A DNA stretch of 64,000 nt from Camelus dromedarius (GCF_036321535.1 NC_087436.1:5270001-5334000); one strand, 5' to 3'; shown: positions 1 to 13,964, counted from the stretch's first letter. The notes: a model not told the origin generated them from the sequence alone. Made by a program: numbers and translations.

Positions 1-265
1 TAAAAAAGCTAGCTTAAGTGAGCATAGGTAACAAAACTGCATCATATGCTTGAACACTGCTAAGAGAACAGATCGTAAATGTTCTCACCACAAAAAAGAA
101 ACAGAAGTATGTGGTGCGATGGAGCTGCCTGCTAACACCACAGTGGGAACCCTACTGCAGTGTGTGAGTGTAGCAAGTCAGCGGGTGGCACCTCTTAAAT
201 TTACACAATGTTCTATGTCAACGATGTCTCAAGAAAGCTGGAAAAGATAAAAATAAAAATTTCTA
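1..265 (+). mobile_element. L1M (L1MA/MB-like) 3' end
   Basis: AAATGTTCTCACCACAAAAAA...CCTCTTAAATTTACACAATGTTCTATGTCAA, A-rich end. Confidence 0.7.
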
Positions 266-329
266 GTAAATGGAAAAAAAAGTATTGTATCCAAGTTCTT
301 CGAAATGGCAGTATCAAACACGACAAATT

Positions 330-1610
330 AAGACCAATTTCCCTTCGAAATTGAGGGAAATACAAAACTTCTAAATAAAATGTAATCAAATATCATCAAT
401 CAGTGGATTAAAAGAGAATACTTCTTGACAGCGTATGGATTTAGTTCACGAACTTGAGGATTAATGTAAGAATGACCTTTTAGAGTATTCAAGGGAGAAA
501 AAATAGATGCTCTTATATTAACAAATGCTGAAAAAAAATGACAGAGTCAACTCCTTAGATAAAAACTGAGTAAACTGAAAAGCAAGAAACTGTCAGTAAA
601 ATTGACACATTAAAAACTGTCATGGTAAAATTATGTAACAGACACTATGTGTAAGTATTTTATTAGGTAAAATCAAAGTCACTCTCATTAGAACAAAGAC
701 AGGACTGGACATCCTCACCACTATTTTCAGCATTTGGGGGGCAGCGCTAGCTAATTTAATAAGAGAGGAAAGAAAATAAATGTTAACAGAAACAGAAGAG
801 AAAAATGATCCTGAGTTGATCGCAGATTCCCTTAAGAGCAGACTGTGGTCGAGTAAGCACTGAGGCCGGAAGGGCTTGGGGGTAACCCAGCTGTGGGTGG
901 TGCGGCTTGGAGGACGGTGGGGACGTGGATGTAAACAGCATCCACATTGTGAATATTCTGAAGGCAGATCTGATACGAGATCATGTGGGTGTGAACAAAA
1001 ACAGGTGTCAGAGACAATGTCAAGGTTTTGGTGTTAATAAACCATCTGGAACGAAAAGTAGAATTTAGTAAAGTGGATAAATATCAGATCAACATACAAG
1101 TATCAATAGCTTTTCTTTAGGACAGCAAAAAGAAGTTAGAAACTGAATAGGGAAAAATGTCTTTCAGCAGAATTATAAAAAAATGTCGAGTAATATAAAT
1201 AGACTCACGGACAGAGAGAACAAACTGTGGTTCCTGGGGGGGAAAGGGGCGGGCAGGGATGGATGAGGAGTTGGGGATTAACAGACACACACTACTGTAT
1301 ATAAAACAGATAAACAGCAAGGTCCTACTGTAGAGCTCAGGGAACTTTATTCAATTTCTTGTAATGAGCTGTAATGGAGAAGTAGCTGAAAAAACATATA
1401 GGTATATATATGTATAACTGAAATACTTTGTTGTACACATGAAACTAAAATTACACTTCAATAACAAAAAGAATAAAAATGTGTAGTAATAAATTTAACC
1501 AATAAAACATAAACACTATGAAGAAATGCCAATAGTGTTACTGAATGACAAAAAGGCATGTCTTACAATAATTTTGATCAAAATCCCAAGTCTTCTAAAA
1601 TATTTGTGCA
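330..1610 (+). mobile_element. Old L1 ORF2 remnants interrupted by an L2-like segment (~830-1030) and a young L1
   Basis: GAATTTAGTAAAGTGGATAAATATCAGATCAACATACAAGTATCAATAGCTTTTC resembles the L1 RT region. Confidence 0.55.
1196..1480 (+). mobile_element. Young L1 3' UTR fragment
   Basis: AGACTCACGGACAGAGAGAACAAACTGTGG...ATAAACAGCAAGGTCCTACTGTAGAG...CACTTCAATAA. Confidence 0.85.
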
Positions 1611-1624
1611 AAAAAAAATCATCA

Positions 1625-1836
1625 TAATAAAGCAAACAGTATGAAGTCCCTACTATGTGCCAGATAATTAGTATTGACTCATTCAATCTCCAAACACAGC
1701 CCCATCTGCAGGTCCCATCATGGGACCCATACTGCAGACAGGGAAACTGAGGTACAGGGAGGCGCCGGGACCAGTAACAGAGCTGGGGGGGACCCTTCAT
1801 CCCAGCTGCAGAGCCCGCATTCTTAACCATCACGCA
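1625..1836 (-). mobile_element. MIR SINE
   Basis: Reverse of the MIR core: CAGACAGGGAAACTGAGGTACAG...TTCTTAACCATCACGC. Confidence 0.7.
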
Positions 1837-1864
1837 GGACTGTCTCCAGCTGAACAGGACAAAA

Positions 1865-2035
1865 CAGACTCTTTGAGTCCCAAACCCACTGTTGAGAATT
1901 CAGATTAAACTCCCCAGATTCCCTTCTTACAAAGGAGGATAATATTCATTAACTCTCTAGGCTGTTGTGAAGATTGAGAGACTGTATGTAAAGCACTTAG
2001 AACGGTGCCCAAGAAATGAGCTGCTGCGTAAGTGG
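1865..2035 (+). mobile_element. MIR SINE
   Basis: GGATAATA...GGCTGTTGTGAAGATTGAGAGA...TGTAAAGCACTTAGAACGGTGCC. Confidence 0.7.
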
Positions 2036-2850
2036 TAGTTTTCCTTCAATACCTGCTGTCATCACAACCGCATCTATGCAGGGAAGAGCCCACAGCTCCT
2101 CCCCCGGCCAGAAGGCGCACAGAGCACCGCTTCTGCCTCAGCGCAGACCTCAGATCCAGCCCCCCGGCCTTTCTTCCTGAAGTGCACCTGCCTAGAACAA
2201 CACAAGCGAGCATGTGTTGCTATTACTACTATCAGTTGGTCCTTCCACTGTAATAATAGAAGGCAGATTCATCGACAGACTGTAAAAATAGTGAATTCTT
2301 AGATTTTGTGTCTGTATCTTACGTCCTACAAAGCAAGCACACCACCAGTATCACTGGTGATGGCTGTGGGCAGTAAATGAGTCACACTGTGCAACAGGCA
2401 CTCACCTGCCTGCTCAGATCCCTTCCGAGACTGACCCGCCTTGAAATGCAAAGTCACCCATCCCCAGTCGACAACGACTTGTGCGGACGGTGCACCTGGA
2501 CAGAAGCATCACCTTGGATCACTGTGCAGTTCCTGACACAATGCCAGGGTCTGCGCAGCCAACGCTACTGTGTGGATTCAGAGATCGCGCTCCGACCAAG
2601 GCACAGCGTTCAAGCCCCTCGCATCATCTCTGCACAAAACCTCATTAACATCCAGGCACCTAGTGTGAGGCTTCGTGGTGCGTGGCTGTTTATTAAAACA
2701 TGTATCGTGTGAAGCACTATTAAATTAGTAATAATTAAGAAGAAACAGTTCCTGTAAATGTGAGGCAACACATTTTTATTACACGTGCCCATAACTAAAT
2801 CATCATAGTACTGACGGTTGAGGAAATAATTGAAGAAATGAAATGAACAT

Positions 2851-2954
2851 GGGGATGGTCGGGGGTAGAGCACGTGCTTGGCGTGCACGAGGTCCAGGGT
2901 TCAATCCCCAGTATCTCCATTACAGGAAAAAATAAATTAAAAAAAAAAAAAAAA
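2851..2954 (+). mobile_element. Vic-1-type tRNA-derived SINE
   Basis: GGTAGAG A-box remnant, GGTTCAATCCC B-box, poly(A); TSD GAAATGAAAT(G/T)AACAT. Confidence 0.88.
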
Positions 2955-3129
2955 GAAATGAAATTAACATTTCTACTTTGACTTAAGCAAAAATTTTCTC
3001 TGATGAATTATCATCTTGTTTTCCCGTCTGCTTTCAATACATGGAGTAAGAATAAAGGGAGCACATGCCTGGAGAGGTAGGTGGACAGGGGAAAACGGAG
3101 GACGTCCTAGATTCAGTTTCTTGAGGTAA

Positions 3130-3242
3130 CACGTAATGGAAAAGAATCTGAACAGAAAATACATATGTACGTATATGTATAACTGATCCACTTTGTCGTA
3201 CATGTGAAACTAACATCGTCAAGCAACTACACTTCAATAAAT
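3130..3242 (+). mobile_element. Young L1 3' tip
   Basis: GTATAACTGATCCACTTTGTCGTACATGTGAAACTAACA...ACTTCAATAAA. Confidence 0.8.
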
Positions 3243-4159
3243 GTTTTTTTAAAAAGGGGAAAAAAGAAAAAGAAAAAAAAAAAAATCAGGAGGACTTCCT
3301 GCCATGCATTCCACCTCCTGAGTTCAGGATAGCAGGAATGTTGGACTGGAAATGTAGGTAGCAAAGCTTACTCAAAGGGCATCAATATTTAAGCCAGGAA
3401 AGAGGAGGTATGAATACACTCTCCTCCACCCAACACCAGGACAGTTCCGGGCTTAGGAAACCACAGTTAACCATCACCCAGACCCCCCAGAGACCACTCC
3501 TTCTGTCCACGGTCTCCTGCCCAATCACGTATGTTCCCTGCATAGCTGGATTCCAGTGCCCACACATATTAACAGGAGGCCATTTCATCATTCATCAAGA
3601 CATTTTTAAAGAATGACGATCGGTTAGGTTGTTTCATTTTTTATCTGTGCCGCATTGTTGGTACACGGCACACACACCAAGGTCCACTAGATATGGGCTT
3701 ATCTGAAGCTGAGGGAAACATTTAAGGAGTGTGATAATAAAATTTGGACAGAGTTCAGGCCACGCTTATCACAGTGCTATTATGACTTCACGCCTGACTT
3801 TAAAAGAAAAGATTTAAGTGGCTGCCCAGCGGCAGAAATCCTTTCAAAAGGCTCATCTGTTTGGACACACGAATTTACCTTCTGGTGATAAAATGAGTTT
3901 GTTCAAGAATACACCGAAGTGAAATAAAAATATTCTTCCTCTTAAGATAATTGGAAAAGTTCAGGTACAGTTCCTGGATGTGAGTTTTTGGTTTTTTTTG
4001 TTTTTTTTTTTTTAACTCTAAGCATTTGCTTTTAGCATTTATATTTTCTATTATCTGTAATTTATAGCTTTGTCTCTCTCACATGCTGTGTAGCCAAGTC
4101 ATCCCCTGGAAAACAAGAACACGTTCTGGAATTCATCTGCCACAGGTGTCACCTGCCTC

Positions 4160-4261
4160 TTTATTTATTTGATGGAGGTACCGGGGGTCGAACCCAGGAC
4201 TCGTGCCCAGGACCCTGTGCACACTGAGCATGCGCTCTACCACTAAGCTATGTGACTCTCC
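4160..4261 (-). mobile_element. Vic-1-type SINE with small internal duplication
   Basis: Reverse tRNA-like head GAACCCAGGAC...CTCTACCACTAAGCTA; CCCAGGAC duplicated. Confidence 0.85.
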
Positions 4262-5424
4262 TGATACGAAATATATCCTCATCCCGCATCAGATACACCA
4301 GTTAGAGGGGCTCCAAGAAGTAACAACAGGACATAAGGAAGATGCTTAATTAATGGAAATTTTTTTATCATCTAATGAAAATTCTATCCATTTTCTTGAC
4401 TTCCCAGTTTCTCATTCACCTTTGTTGTCAAAGTTGTAGAAATGGAATTTTGTTGTTATCTTGTTTGCTCCTCCTTCTGCCTTACCTCAGTGACCACTGT
4501 ACAGAAACATGCATATATTTGTGTGTGCACATACCCCACCCAGATGTAAATACACACACACACATACATGTATGTATGTAAGGTATAAATATTTACAGTA
4601 TAGGTAGGATAGTTAAAGTTCTGCTTATACTTTTCTTTTTATGCAATGAAATCAGACAGGTATTTCCTTTAAAGATGTTCAGTATCAATCTACACAATTA
4701 ATCTCTTGGAATACTATGAAAACATTAAAAAAAAGTAAGCTCCAGAAACTCGAGCTGGGATAAGTTATTTTTAAGTTTACTTGGCAATTTTGAAACCTTC
4801 CATCTTTGTGTTTTTCTAGGATCAGTCACCACCTTTATTTCCGATGACTAAAGATTTATGGGGTCTGTGGGGTGATCTCTCCCTCAGAACCTGATCACAG
4901 AAGGAGGCAAGAGGCAAAAAAAAAAAAAAAAAAAAAAAAGACTGTCATTTCTCGAGAAACTACCCTGAAGCCTTCAGATTCAAGGCAACGTTTCAGATGG
5001 TGGGTGGTCGGGTCGGTCTGGTGAGTCCCGCGAAGGTGACGACCTCATGTTTCGCGGCGTGAAAAGGGGAAGAGCCCCGGGCTCCCGGCCACGCGGCTGC
5101 ACCCGCCGCCCGGGGCAGCGTCGCCCAGCCCGGCTTCTTTGGCCCCCGGTTTGTCGTCTTTTCCTCGTCTCACTTTTAAAACGTTCCCCCTGCTCTGGAT
5201 TTCTTGTCTCGTTCTGGTAAGACGACCCCTCCAGGGGCTCCGATGTCCAGGCGTCCTACCCAGGCCCTTAACAGGGTCCTGGGCTCCCAGAAGACCCCGC
5301 CCTTCTCAGCAGTTTCAAATGCGTCATTCACTGTGTTTCCGCATTTCTTTTTTTAAAATTTTCTTACTTTCAACTTTACTTTTTGTTAGGCAGCATGCTT
5401 ACTTTTTTCAGTTTTTTTTTTAAT

Positions 5425-5575
5425 AGATTTGTTTATTTTATTTTAATTTATTTTCTGAAGGGGGGAAGTAATTAGGTTTATTTATTTACTTATTTATTTA
5501 GTGGAGGCCTTGGGGATTGAACCCAGGACCTCATGCATGCTAAGCACACACACCGCCACTGAGCTACACCCTCCC
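5425..5575 (-). mobile_element. Vic-1-type SINE
   Basis: GGGGATTGAACCCAGGACCTCATGCATGCTAAGCAC...CACTGAGCTACACCCTCCC with GTAATTAGGTTTATTT tail. Confidence 0.9.
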
Positions 5576-5678
5576 TCATCATTTCCTCTTTTGCTCCAAT
5601 GTTTTCTCTTAGATTTCTCACTCTGTGATGGAAAGGGCAGAACAACTTTTTTTTCCCACCTTAATTTCTTTGGTTTTC

Positions 5679-5915
5679 TTTTTTTTTTTAAATATAGTTG
5701 ATTTACAACGTTGTATTAATCTGATATACAGCATAGTATTCATTTATACATATACATGTATTCCTTTTCATATTCTTTTTCATTATAGGCTATTATGAGA
5801 TACTGAATGTAGTTCCGTGCTGTACAGTATAAACCTGTTTACCTATTTTACATACAGTAGTTAGTGTGTAGCTGCAAATCCCGAACCCGCAATTTACCCC
5901 TCCACCCACCCCGAC
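5679..5915 (-). mobile_element. Young L1 3' UTR fragment
   Basis: Poly(T) followed by AAATATAGTTGATTTACAA, the reverse of the L1 3' end. Confidence 0.82.
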
Positions 5916-7240
5916 TTCCATGGTACACTCAGAGATTTTTATCTACCTACTTAGTCCACTAAGCCTCAGTTTCCTCTCTGAAAATGACAAGAATCAATCA
6001 TGCGTTTCACCGCTTAATTTTATTAATCTTATAGATAAACAAGAAAATCATATAAAGTAGGCGAGGACCAAGTCCTGTGCTAGTTTGAGAAACCTCCTAT
6101 TAATATGACTCTGGTAATTTAATAGAACCAAACAGAAATGAGACCTCATTGGTTCAGAAACATATCTGAAAAGCTGTGGTAATCACCCCACATACAGGCA
6201 AAACCAACGTCTGACAAGTAGGCACTCAGAGCAATTTACGTTCCCTGGTTTCAGTGACAGAACTGTTGATACTGTCATTCAAACTAGAATTTAAAGACCC
6301 GTGAAATGTCTTTATAATACTGTATTTGCGTAAGACACGAGCTTAGAATATAAGCGCTTGGAAGGCAGGGGCTGCGTTTCTTTCCTTTTTTCCTTTATTT
6401 TTAAATCTCCAAGTCCCCAGTCTCCACTATGTGACACGTGACACTAAGGCAGGAACACCGACCTATTCATTCCCTTGGGTTGACGTGACAACTGAAGTCC
6501 TTCAAACAACACGGCAAAGTGAAAGATAAGACAAAATGTGCGTCCTCTCCCTGCCCACACCCTCTGCAAACTTCAGGGATCTCATGACACAGACGGCTTT
6601 CCAGTCCACGTGTGGGCCTTTGGGCAACTGAGTAATTGTGGGCTACTCGGCTTTAGTCATCCGTGGACCTCAACCCGGGCGAGACAGCACTGCTCACCAG
6701 ATGGCGAACATGATCACATCTTTCAGAGCAGCAACTCGACAGTAATAATCCTGTCATAGGTCAAGAACACACTTTATATCACTAAGTTATGACTAACGGG
6801 TTCCAAGCGCATAGGGCAGGACGCTTCACTGGGTGCACTTAGAACTTGCCTAGTGGCAGCTTTTAAAATACACAGCGTGGACGCCTCTAAAACAAGGGGT
6901 CCCACGCCCAGTACTTTAACAGTTGACTGAGGCCACCCCCATACTGCCAGTAGCATTTGCTCCCCCACTTCACTCGGCACAATGCCATGTATCCTCCAGA
7001 TTTCAGCTGAATAGGATCTTCTGAGAGACGCCGTCTGGGAGTCCCACAGGCAGAAGGATCACAACCTTTTCCAGCATGTCCGCACCACATCCATTACAAT
7101 TTTCAATTATATTTTTTGCATGCCTGTCCCTTTACTATTCAGTGCCTCCTGGAGCCTGGGGCTCCAACTAGTAATTGTTTTATTCCTATTATTTACCATG
7201 GCATTTAGTTCATGCATAGTGAGGACTAAATACTGCTGAG

Positions 7241-7381
7241 TGATGGATGGGTGGATGGATGGATGGATGGATGGATGGATGGATGGGTGGGTAGGATGGG
7301 TGGATGGATGGGTGGGTGGGTGGATGGATGAATGGATGGATGGGTGGATGGGTGGGTGGATGAGTGGGTGAGTGAGTGAGT
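7241..7381 (+). repeat. (GGAT/GGGT)n microsatellite at an L2 tail
   Basis: Directly visible; preceded by an L2-like 3' end (~7110-7240). Confidence 0.92.
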
Positions 7382-9199
7382 TTACACATACATATATGCT
7401 AACTTACATATTTCTATACAAATGTATGCAGGCAGAGTAGGTAACCAAATAGTCATGATTCCACGTATGGTCTTGAAATAACCCTACATAACTAATATTT
7501 ATACTCCTGAGTATTTCTTTTCCTTCTTTCTCTCATTCTGGCTATTCACATTACATACAAGCATGACTGAGTTTGTCAAAAATAACTGCAAGTGGCTTTT
7601 AAAAAATGAGGACACTGGACTTTATTCAGAGTAATAAATTAGACACAATTTTTTAGAAGTTCATTATGATGTTAATCATCCTTCATTTTCTCACACACTA
7701 ATCATTACCATGGTGGGCACTCTGATTTGCACACTAGCACACTGGCACACTCGCCTGATACTGGTTATGCAACTCACTGTGCTTGAATTCTGTGGTCGAG
7801 GAATCTCACTGTTTGGTTTTGAAATCTGTCTCTATCTCCAAGTTGGGAGACATACATCTCAACCTCAGGAGTGGTCGCTGGACTGAATAAAGGAGTGCAC
7901 AGCAGTATTTACATATTCTCCAGTAAACCTCCGGCCTTGTTTTTATTATCAATCATTCTCTTTGATTAAACATTTTTACCTCTTCCAAGGAAGTAGCAAG
8001 CAGAACTGTAGCGAAGGCTTTCTAGCTCTCCCCACCTGCTTTGTTAAACAGGAGATTAATGAGTCATGAAGTGGTCTCCGACTAACCCTTCCTTATCACA
8101 CGCAGCCCGGCCCGGAAGTTGTGAGTGCAAATACTGTTGTTCATTTCCAAAGACTTCAGTCTACTTCCTCCCGTCATCCTGAAATCCCATGACTTCAGGC
8201 CCTCCCTAACACAACCCAGAGGATTCCAACAGCCACCCCGACTCTGGATCTTCCTCCTCCTCCAGTTTCTCTACACGTTGGGAGATTTGGTTCCCTTACA
8301 CACCAGCCTTCTTTCATCAGCCACTCTCTGAGGACACCCTGGCCCACACACCACATACACCACAGACAGAACCACCAACGGTTATTTATCTGCCTCTCTG
8401 TGGGATCAGAACCTTGGACAATTACATTTTTCATTTAAATTTAATGTATTTCATCCTGGTTTACAGGTTGGTATTTAGGGAGTTGTGTTCTCATACCCCT
8501 GTCATCCAGAAGCTGGTCACCGTTCTGTGTCTAATTCACACCAGATTTTGGATCCCCTCAGCTAAAGGCCACCTTCCAGCGATGAGTTCATGAAGTTAAA
8601 TATCAACTTTTGACATCTCCTGGACTTGTGACCCTCCACCAGGCTATTCATTTCTGCTCAGACTTCTCTACACTTTGCAAATCTAGTCTTTGTAATTCAG
8701 TGATTAATTTCATATTATCTTGTCTCTTTCAAACACCGCTGTGTCTGGCTCCTGGGATGTTCCCCAAAGCCCGAGCTCTGTCCCTGAGGCATCCTTACAC
8801 TTAGTGGCCCTCACTTAGCTCACACTTAATCTCCGTCCAGGGAGGGGAAGCTCACGTTGTCCAACGCAGCACAGTAAACCAGAGCCTAAGTAAGTAAACT
8901 TGAACTTTGCACTGACTGACCATAAAGATCTGACGGCCATAAATTCCTATTATTAGCAAATGGTTTGGGGAGGAATGACGTGTGGTAAGCCAGTGACCAC
9001 TTAATCATCAAAATCATCAGAGAGGAAGTAAATTGGTCATGCGATCCTGGCTGTATTAATGATTTACTCTACAAGGTGTTGTTTTTATTCGGTTTTGTGA
9101 CGAATGGAAAAGACAGATAATGATGTTTCTCTTGCTGAGCAAGTAACATGACAGCCGGTAGAGACAGGGGTAATTCTACTCTTATATCATGCTTCACCT

Positions 9200-9390
9200 T
9201 CGAGCCAAGGTAGGAAGACAGTCTCTACCCTTTACCAGCTCTGTCTGTTTGGACAATTTCCATGTCCTCTTTCAGCCTGTGTCCTCGTTTGTAAATTAGG
9301 ACTAATCTCTACTGAGAAGAGTGGCTGAAAGAACTCATGTGATTAACTAGCCCAGGTCAGGGCTTCCCAAACAGCTGCTCTGTAGGTGGT
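9200..9390 (+). mobile_element. MIR SINE (degraded)
   Basis: TTACCAGCTCTGTCTGTTTGGACAA...TCCTCGTTTGTAAATTAGG. Confidence 0.5.
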
Positions 9391-10405
9391 GGCAGCGGTC
9401 ACATGGCCACTACCTGCCAGGGTTCTCCGCCCCAGCCCCGTGACAGGGACTTCGGGAGAGGAGTGTCCCCTGCAGATGGCCCGTGGCATACAGATCATCT
9501 TCCTCCCACCCTCTCTTCCTTCTCTCTTCCCTTCTCTTCTTTCTTTGCAGGCTGCATGGAAAACTCCAAATGGGGTTTCAAACCTTCCTCTTAGCTCCTA
9601 AGAAATTCCCCCTTTTTAAGTTCTTGAGAGAAATAAATAAACCTCGGAATTTTGCTGAGCCTAAAGGAGGAGTGGCACCACATGGCGAGTGAGGTACCAC
9701 TCTTAGAGTCACGCTTTTGGAAGCTCTTTGTCTACATAAGTGATGGATAAACTATGATTAGAGAGTTGGGGCCACAATTCCTAGGATAACATGCTGTGTG
9801 GGTGTCACTACCACCGAGCTTAACCCCGATGCCTCAGCACAGACAGCGCCTGCCACAATCCCATGAAACACTGTTGGCAATAAGTTAGGACTGGTTCTGT
9901 TCACACAAATATTTTGATATCATGAAATGGCTTGCTTATTCAAACGGACGGGCTGAGATGGGGGTGCCGCAGACAGAAAGGTCAAGAAGTGGATGACGGT
10001 TTTGAAGTCAAAGCATGGGGTTTCTGCTGAGAAAGGAGGAGGGTTTAAGTCAACGGCCATCTGGGGAACAACCTGTGGCTCTAGGCGGACGGGGAGCACA
10101 GGGTCCTTGAGCTTCGAAAATTTACTCAAACATTCTTCCACGTGCTTGAAGGAGCTCTGAGGAGTAACTCGGGGGTTGGCTCTTTGAGCAATGAAGCTTC
10201 AAAGTGTCCTGTGTGCAATGGGTAGGTCCTTTACTATGACCTCTCAGCAGCACGTTCAACCAAAGCTGTCGGTTCCGGCACATTTAGGGGTCTGTCCTGG
10301 GCTTGAATCACAAAGCTTGAAAATGACAAAAGAAATAACTAAGCACCTGATAGGTTCCTAAGCAGGGAAATTTCTGTCCCATTAAAATTAATTTAAAGGA
10401 AGGTG

Positions 10406-10544
10406 ATTTTTTTTTTAAATTGAAGTACAGTCAGTTACAATGTGTCAATTTCTGGTGTACAGCACAATGTCCCAGTCATCCATACACATCCATATATTCT
10501 TTCATATTCTTTTCCATTAAAGGTTATTACAAGATATTGAATAG
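10406..10544 (-). mobile_element. Young L1 3' tip
   Basis: TTTTAAATTGAAGTACAGTCAGTTACAATG...ACAAGATATTGAATAG; degenerate TSD AGGAAGG(TG/CA)ATT. Confidence 0.85.
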
Positions 10545-13500
10545 AGGAAGGCAATTCTTAAAGTTCAGAAATGGGAAGGAAGGAGGCCAAGTGATGTGCG
10601 AGGTGTGGAACCTGAGAGAGGACAGGATGGCGCAGTATGGCATTTCCAGAAAATGTGTTTACTGACAGCACTGTGAACTGACTCTACTCCAATTAAAAAA
10701 TCTTAAAAAGAGAATTGATGCACAATAAGATTATAATAATGATAAATGTTAGGGTCCCAGAAACCAGGTTTATGCTCATTCAAGAAAAAAAACAAATCCA
10801 AAAAAGATTATCTGATGAAACTTCCACCATTCTGCACACACACACAATTACTTTCATAGTAGTGGTTTTTCCCATAGGAACAAAAGAGTTATGATGTTAT
10901 CTTGTATATTAACATTTTCAAAGAACTTTTATAAAGCATTACCTGTTTGGATAAAGGCAAAACAAATGTTACTGTGACCCTATGTGTGTGGGCATGCTGA
11001 GGAAACTGATCTTTCTATGTTGGAAGTGACTTGAATCTTCATGTGGAATCCAGCCCCCTTATTTTATTTAATTTAAAGAATACAATGATAAAATAAAACA
11101 GGTTAAGTAACTGAACCCAGGCCACAAAGCCAACTACAAATGACACAAATGTGTCTGAACGGTGGCTGGCAATCCAAGCCAGTGTTCTTCCTAGTGAATT
11201 AAATTCTCTCACGTGCAGGAGTTGCCAATTCATCCTATTAAAAAACCTAAGCCATCTGTGTGGGACCTGGAGCAAAGTACAAATGGAATTTCTTCATTTT
11301 CCAAGCTAGTAGTCTCAATACTGTGTGTGCTGAAAAATGCACCCAGAATTTCACCTTGCTGCATGAGGAAGAATCCATTCTCATCATGGTGTCCCCTGGG
11401 GTTTTAATAACAGAATAGGAACACACAGCTCTGTGTGCCAGTAACCTGAATGTTCCTATAGACAGAAATTAAAGACGGTACACGTTACTCTGGGCAAGGC
11501 CATATATCCTGATCTATATAAAAAGAAGTGTCTCCCTACATTACTAACCATTCTTGGGCTCTGAATTGGAGGTCACGGAGGCAAAGTTCACTCCCTGGGG
11601 ATCAGACTTCTGCCATCCTTCCACACCGCCCACCTTTGGGTCGTTATCTTGGAACACACAGAGGTCCTGCCAACTGTTGTCAAGCCAGGCGGTGGCTTAC
11701 ACAGGCACCCATCATCACCTTCATTCACTTTCACCCCATCTGTAGGCAAGTGGTGAGCACCATAAGCCCTTGCGTTAGAGCACTGTCCTTAATTAAGGTG
11801 AGGTTCCCCTGACTTGACTTAATGAGATGTTAAAGGTCTCTTCCATAGCATTTAATCATTAAGTATTTTCATCCAATAAAAGAAATTTCTCTCTGATTTC
11901 TGAGATCCTCTTTTTACAAACAGAAAATCCCCTTATTTCTGTTCTTTCTGTTAGTTTCAGTGAATGATCATATTTGCTTCTTGCCTTCACAGAATCAGCC
12001 CTCTGGGGCACACAGGGGCCCTGCCTTACCTGCAGTGAACGTGGACAAGAGGACAATACTCATGCCATCCCTGCTGCCACAAACGGAGCTGTAGGGGCGA
12101 CCAGCAAGGCCAAGGAAGCCAGGAAGGTGGCCCTTAACTCCCATCCTCACCTTCACACACAAATCAGGAGCGATGACATTGCTCAAGCTTAACTTGGAAG
12201 GGTTTTGTTAAACACTCCGACTTAACCTCTGTCAATGGCACAGCAAAATAATCATCTTTTTGTGAAACTTACGTCTTCTGATTCGTTCTGTCAAAAACAT
12301 TAGATGGGAACTCAAATCATAATTAGAAACAACTCCATCAATCAGTTAGGAGTAAACCCTAAGTCAGCATCTCCCTGTCCTATAAAAGCCAGAGGAGGTG
12401 GCCTACTTAAAGACGGACTTCTTCAGAAGTCAGACTGTTCCCTAAAGAGAGCTGGCATCTGAACCCAGCCCAGCTTTCAGAGTCACGGCCAGCTGAATTG
12501 AAAAAAGCCTGCGGTTTGAAAGCTATATAGCAAAATGGTATTAATAGTTTAACACTGGAGATACAAATTTTTCTTTCCTTTATTTTTTTTAGGTAGGCTC
12601 AGTGTGATTTTTAATATGCTAATCAATGTTGATCAAACACAAGTCAGACAAGTGCAAACATATTTTAAACCAAAATTAACAGGAAAGCAAACAATAGAGA
12701 AATTCTTTTGGGGTTTTTTTGTTTTTTGCTTTTGCTTTGTTTCGCAACATCTGTTAGCCAGTATTGTTAGTCAAATGGCTAATCACAGATAAAATATATT
12801 TAGTGGAAAGCTTGGAATAGTCAGAAGTCATTCTGGCATTTGGAACAGCCATGCTCTTATCACCAAGATGAGTTTACGTCCAGAAACACTGAAGAGAAAC
12901 CGGGCAACGCATTTCAAAACAGACCAACAGTACAATCAAGTTCAACACTTGGGTGGAGGGAGGAAACGTTTTTTTAAAGAGTCAGGGAAGGGCAAAATCA
13001 GGAAAAATTACAAAACCAGTAATAATTGTGCTATATTAATACAGCACTCCAGAAAGGAGAAAAGGTACGTTTCTCCAATGCACTGTCTTCAAAGTTCGAA
13101 CAACAACAAAAAGCAAATAGCTGGTTTTTGCCTTTTTCAACTGCATAAAACACTAAGTTTAGGAGTGAGATGCCAGTGCAGAATTATAACAGTATATTTA
13201 AGGTTCATACACGTAGAGGTCCTTTGTTACTCTGGTGCTGTATATTGATCTTGGGTGGTTTTTCTTTGGGGGTAAAAAGATACAGAAAGATAACCAGCTA
13301 GCTAGCCAGTGATATGGGCATTTCTTTGGTCCCAGAAGTTGCCCATGTGTATCACTGTGCCAGTGGGAAAGTCAAACCGAAGATCCCACCATCACCCCAA
13401 AGGAAGACACGGAAGCAACTCCAAGTACAGACCTGGCACTGGGTGGTACCTAAATACTCCCCAAATCCTCGCAGACTGCAAAAACCATCAAACTCCTGCT

Positions 13501-13964
13501 GCATCACTGCGGGAAAGTAGTACCTGGGCAATAAACAGGAAGGGCAGGGATGGAAAGCAAAACAAGAGGGTGGTATTGGGAGCAGGGGAGGGTGGACAGG
13601 CCCCGGGACAAAGGTAGACGATCTGAAACAGACAGCACTGGGCGAGCCAGACATGTGTGCTGGGAGCTACACGACTCATTCTTTCTCGGCTGGAATGTTG
13701 ATTTTGAACATTTCAAAACATAAAACCAAAACATCTCATTAAGCCAAGGGCAGAGTCCCTTGATCTCAGACTTGGTCAGATCCCCACCCTTCATTTTGAG
13801 CCCTCTCGGGAATGCCTTTTTTTTTTTTTTTTTAAGTTACAAAAGTAATTGCTACAGAGGTCAAAGGATAACAAAACTATAAATTACGACATTGAGCTAA
13901 CTGTACTCAAAAGAGATGCTGGAAAGGGCAACGTCTTCACTCTAAAGAGAACTGGATTCTGTGG

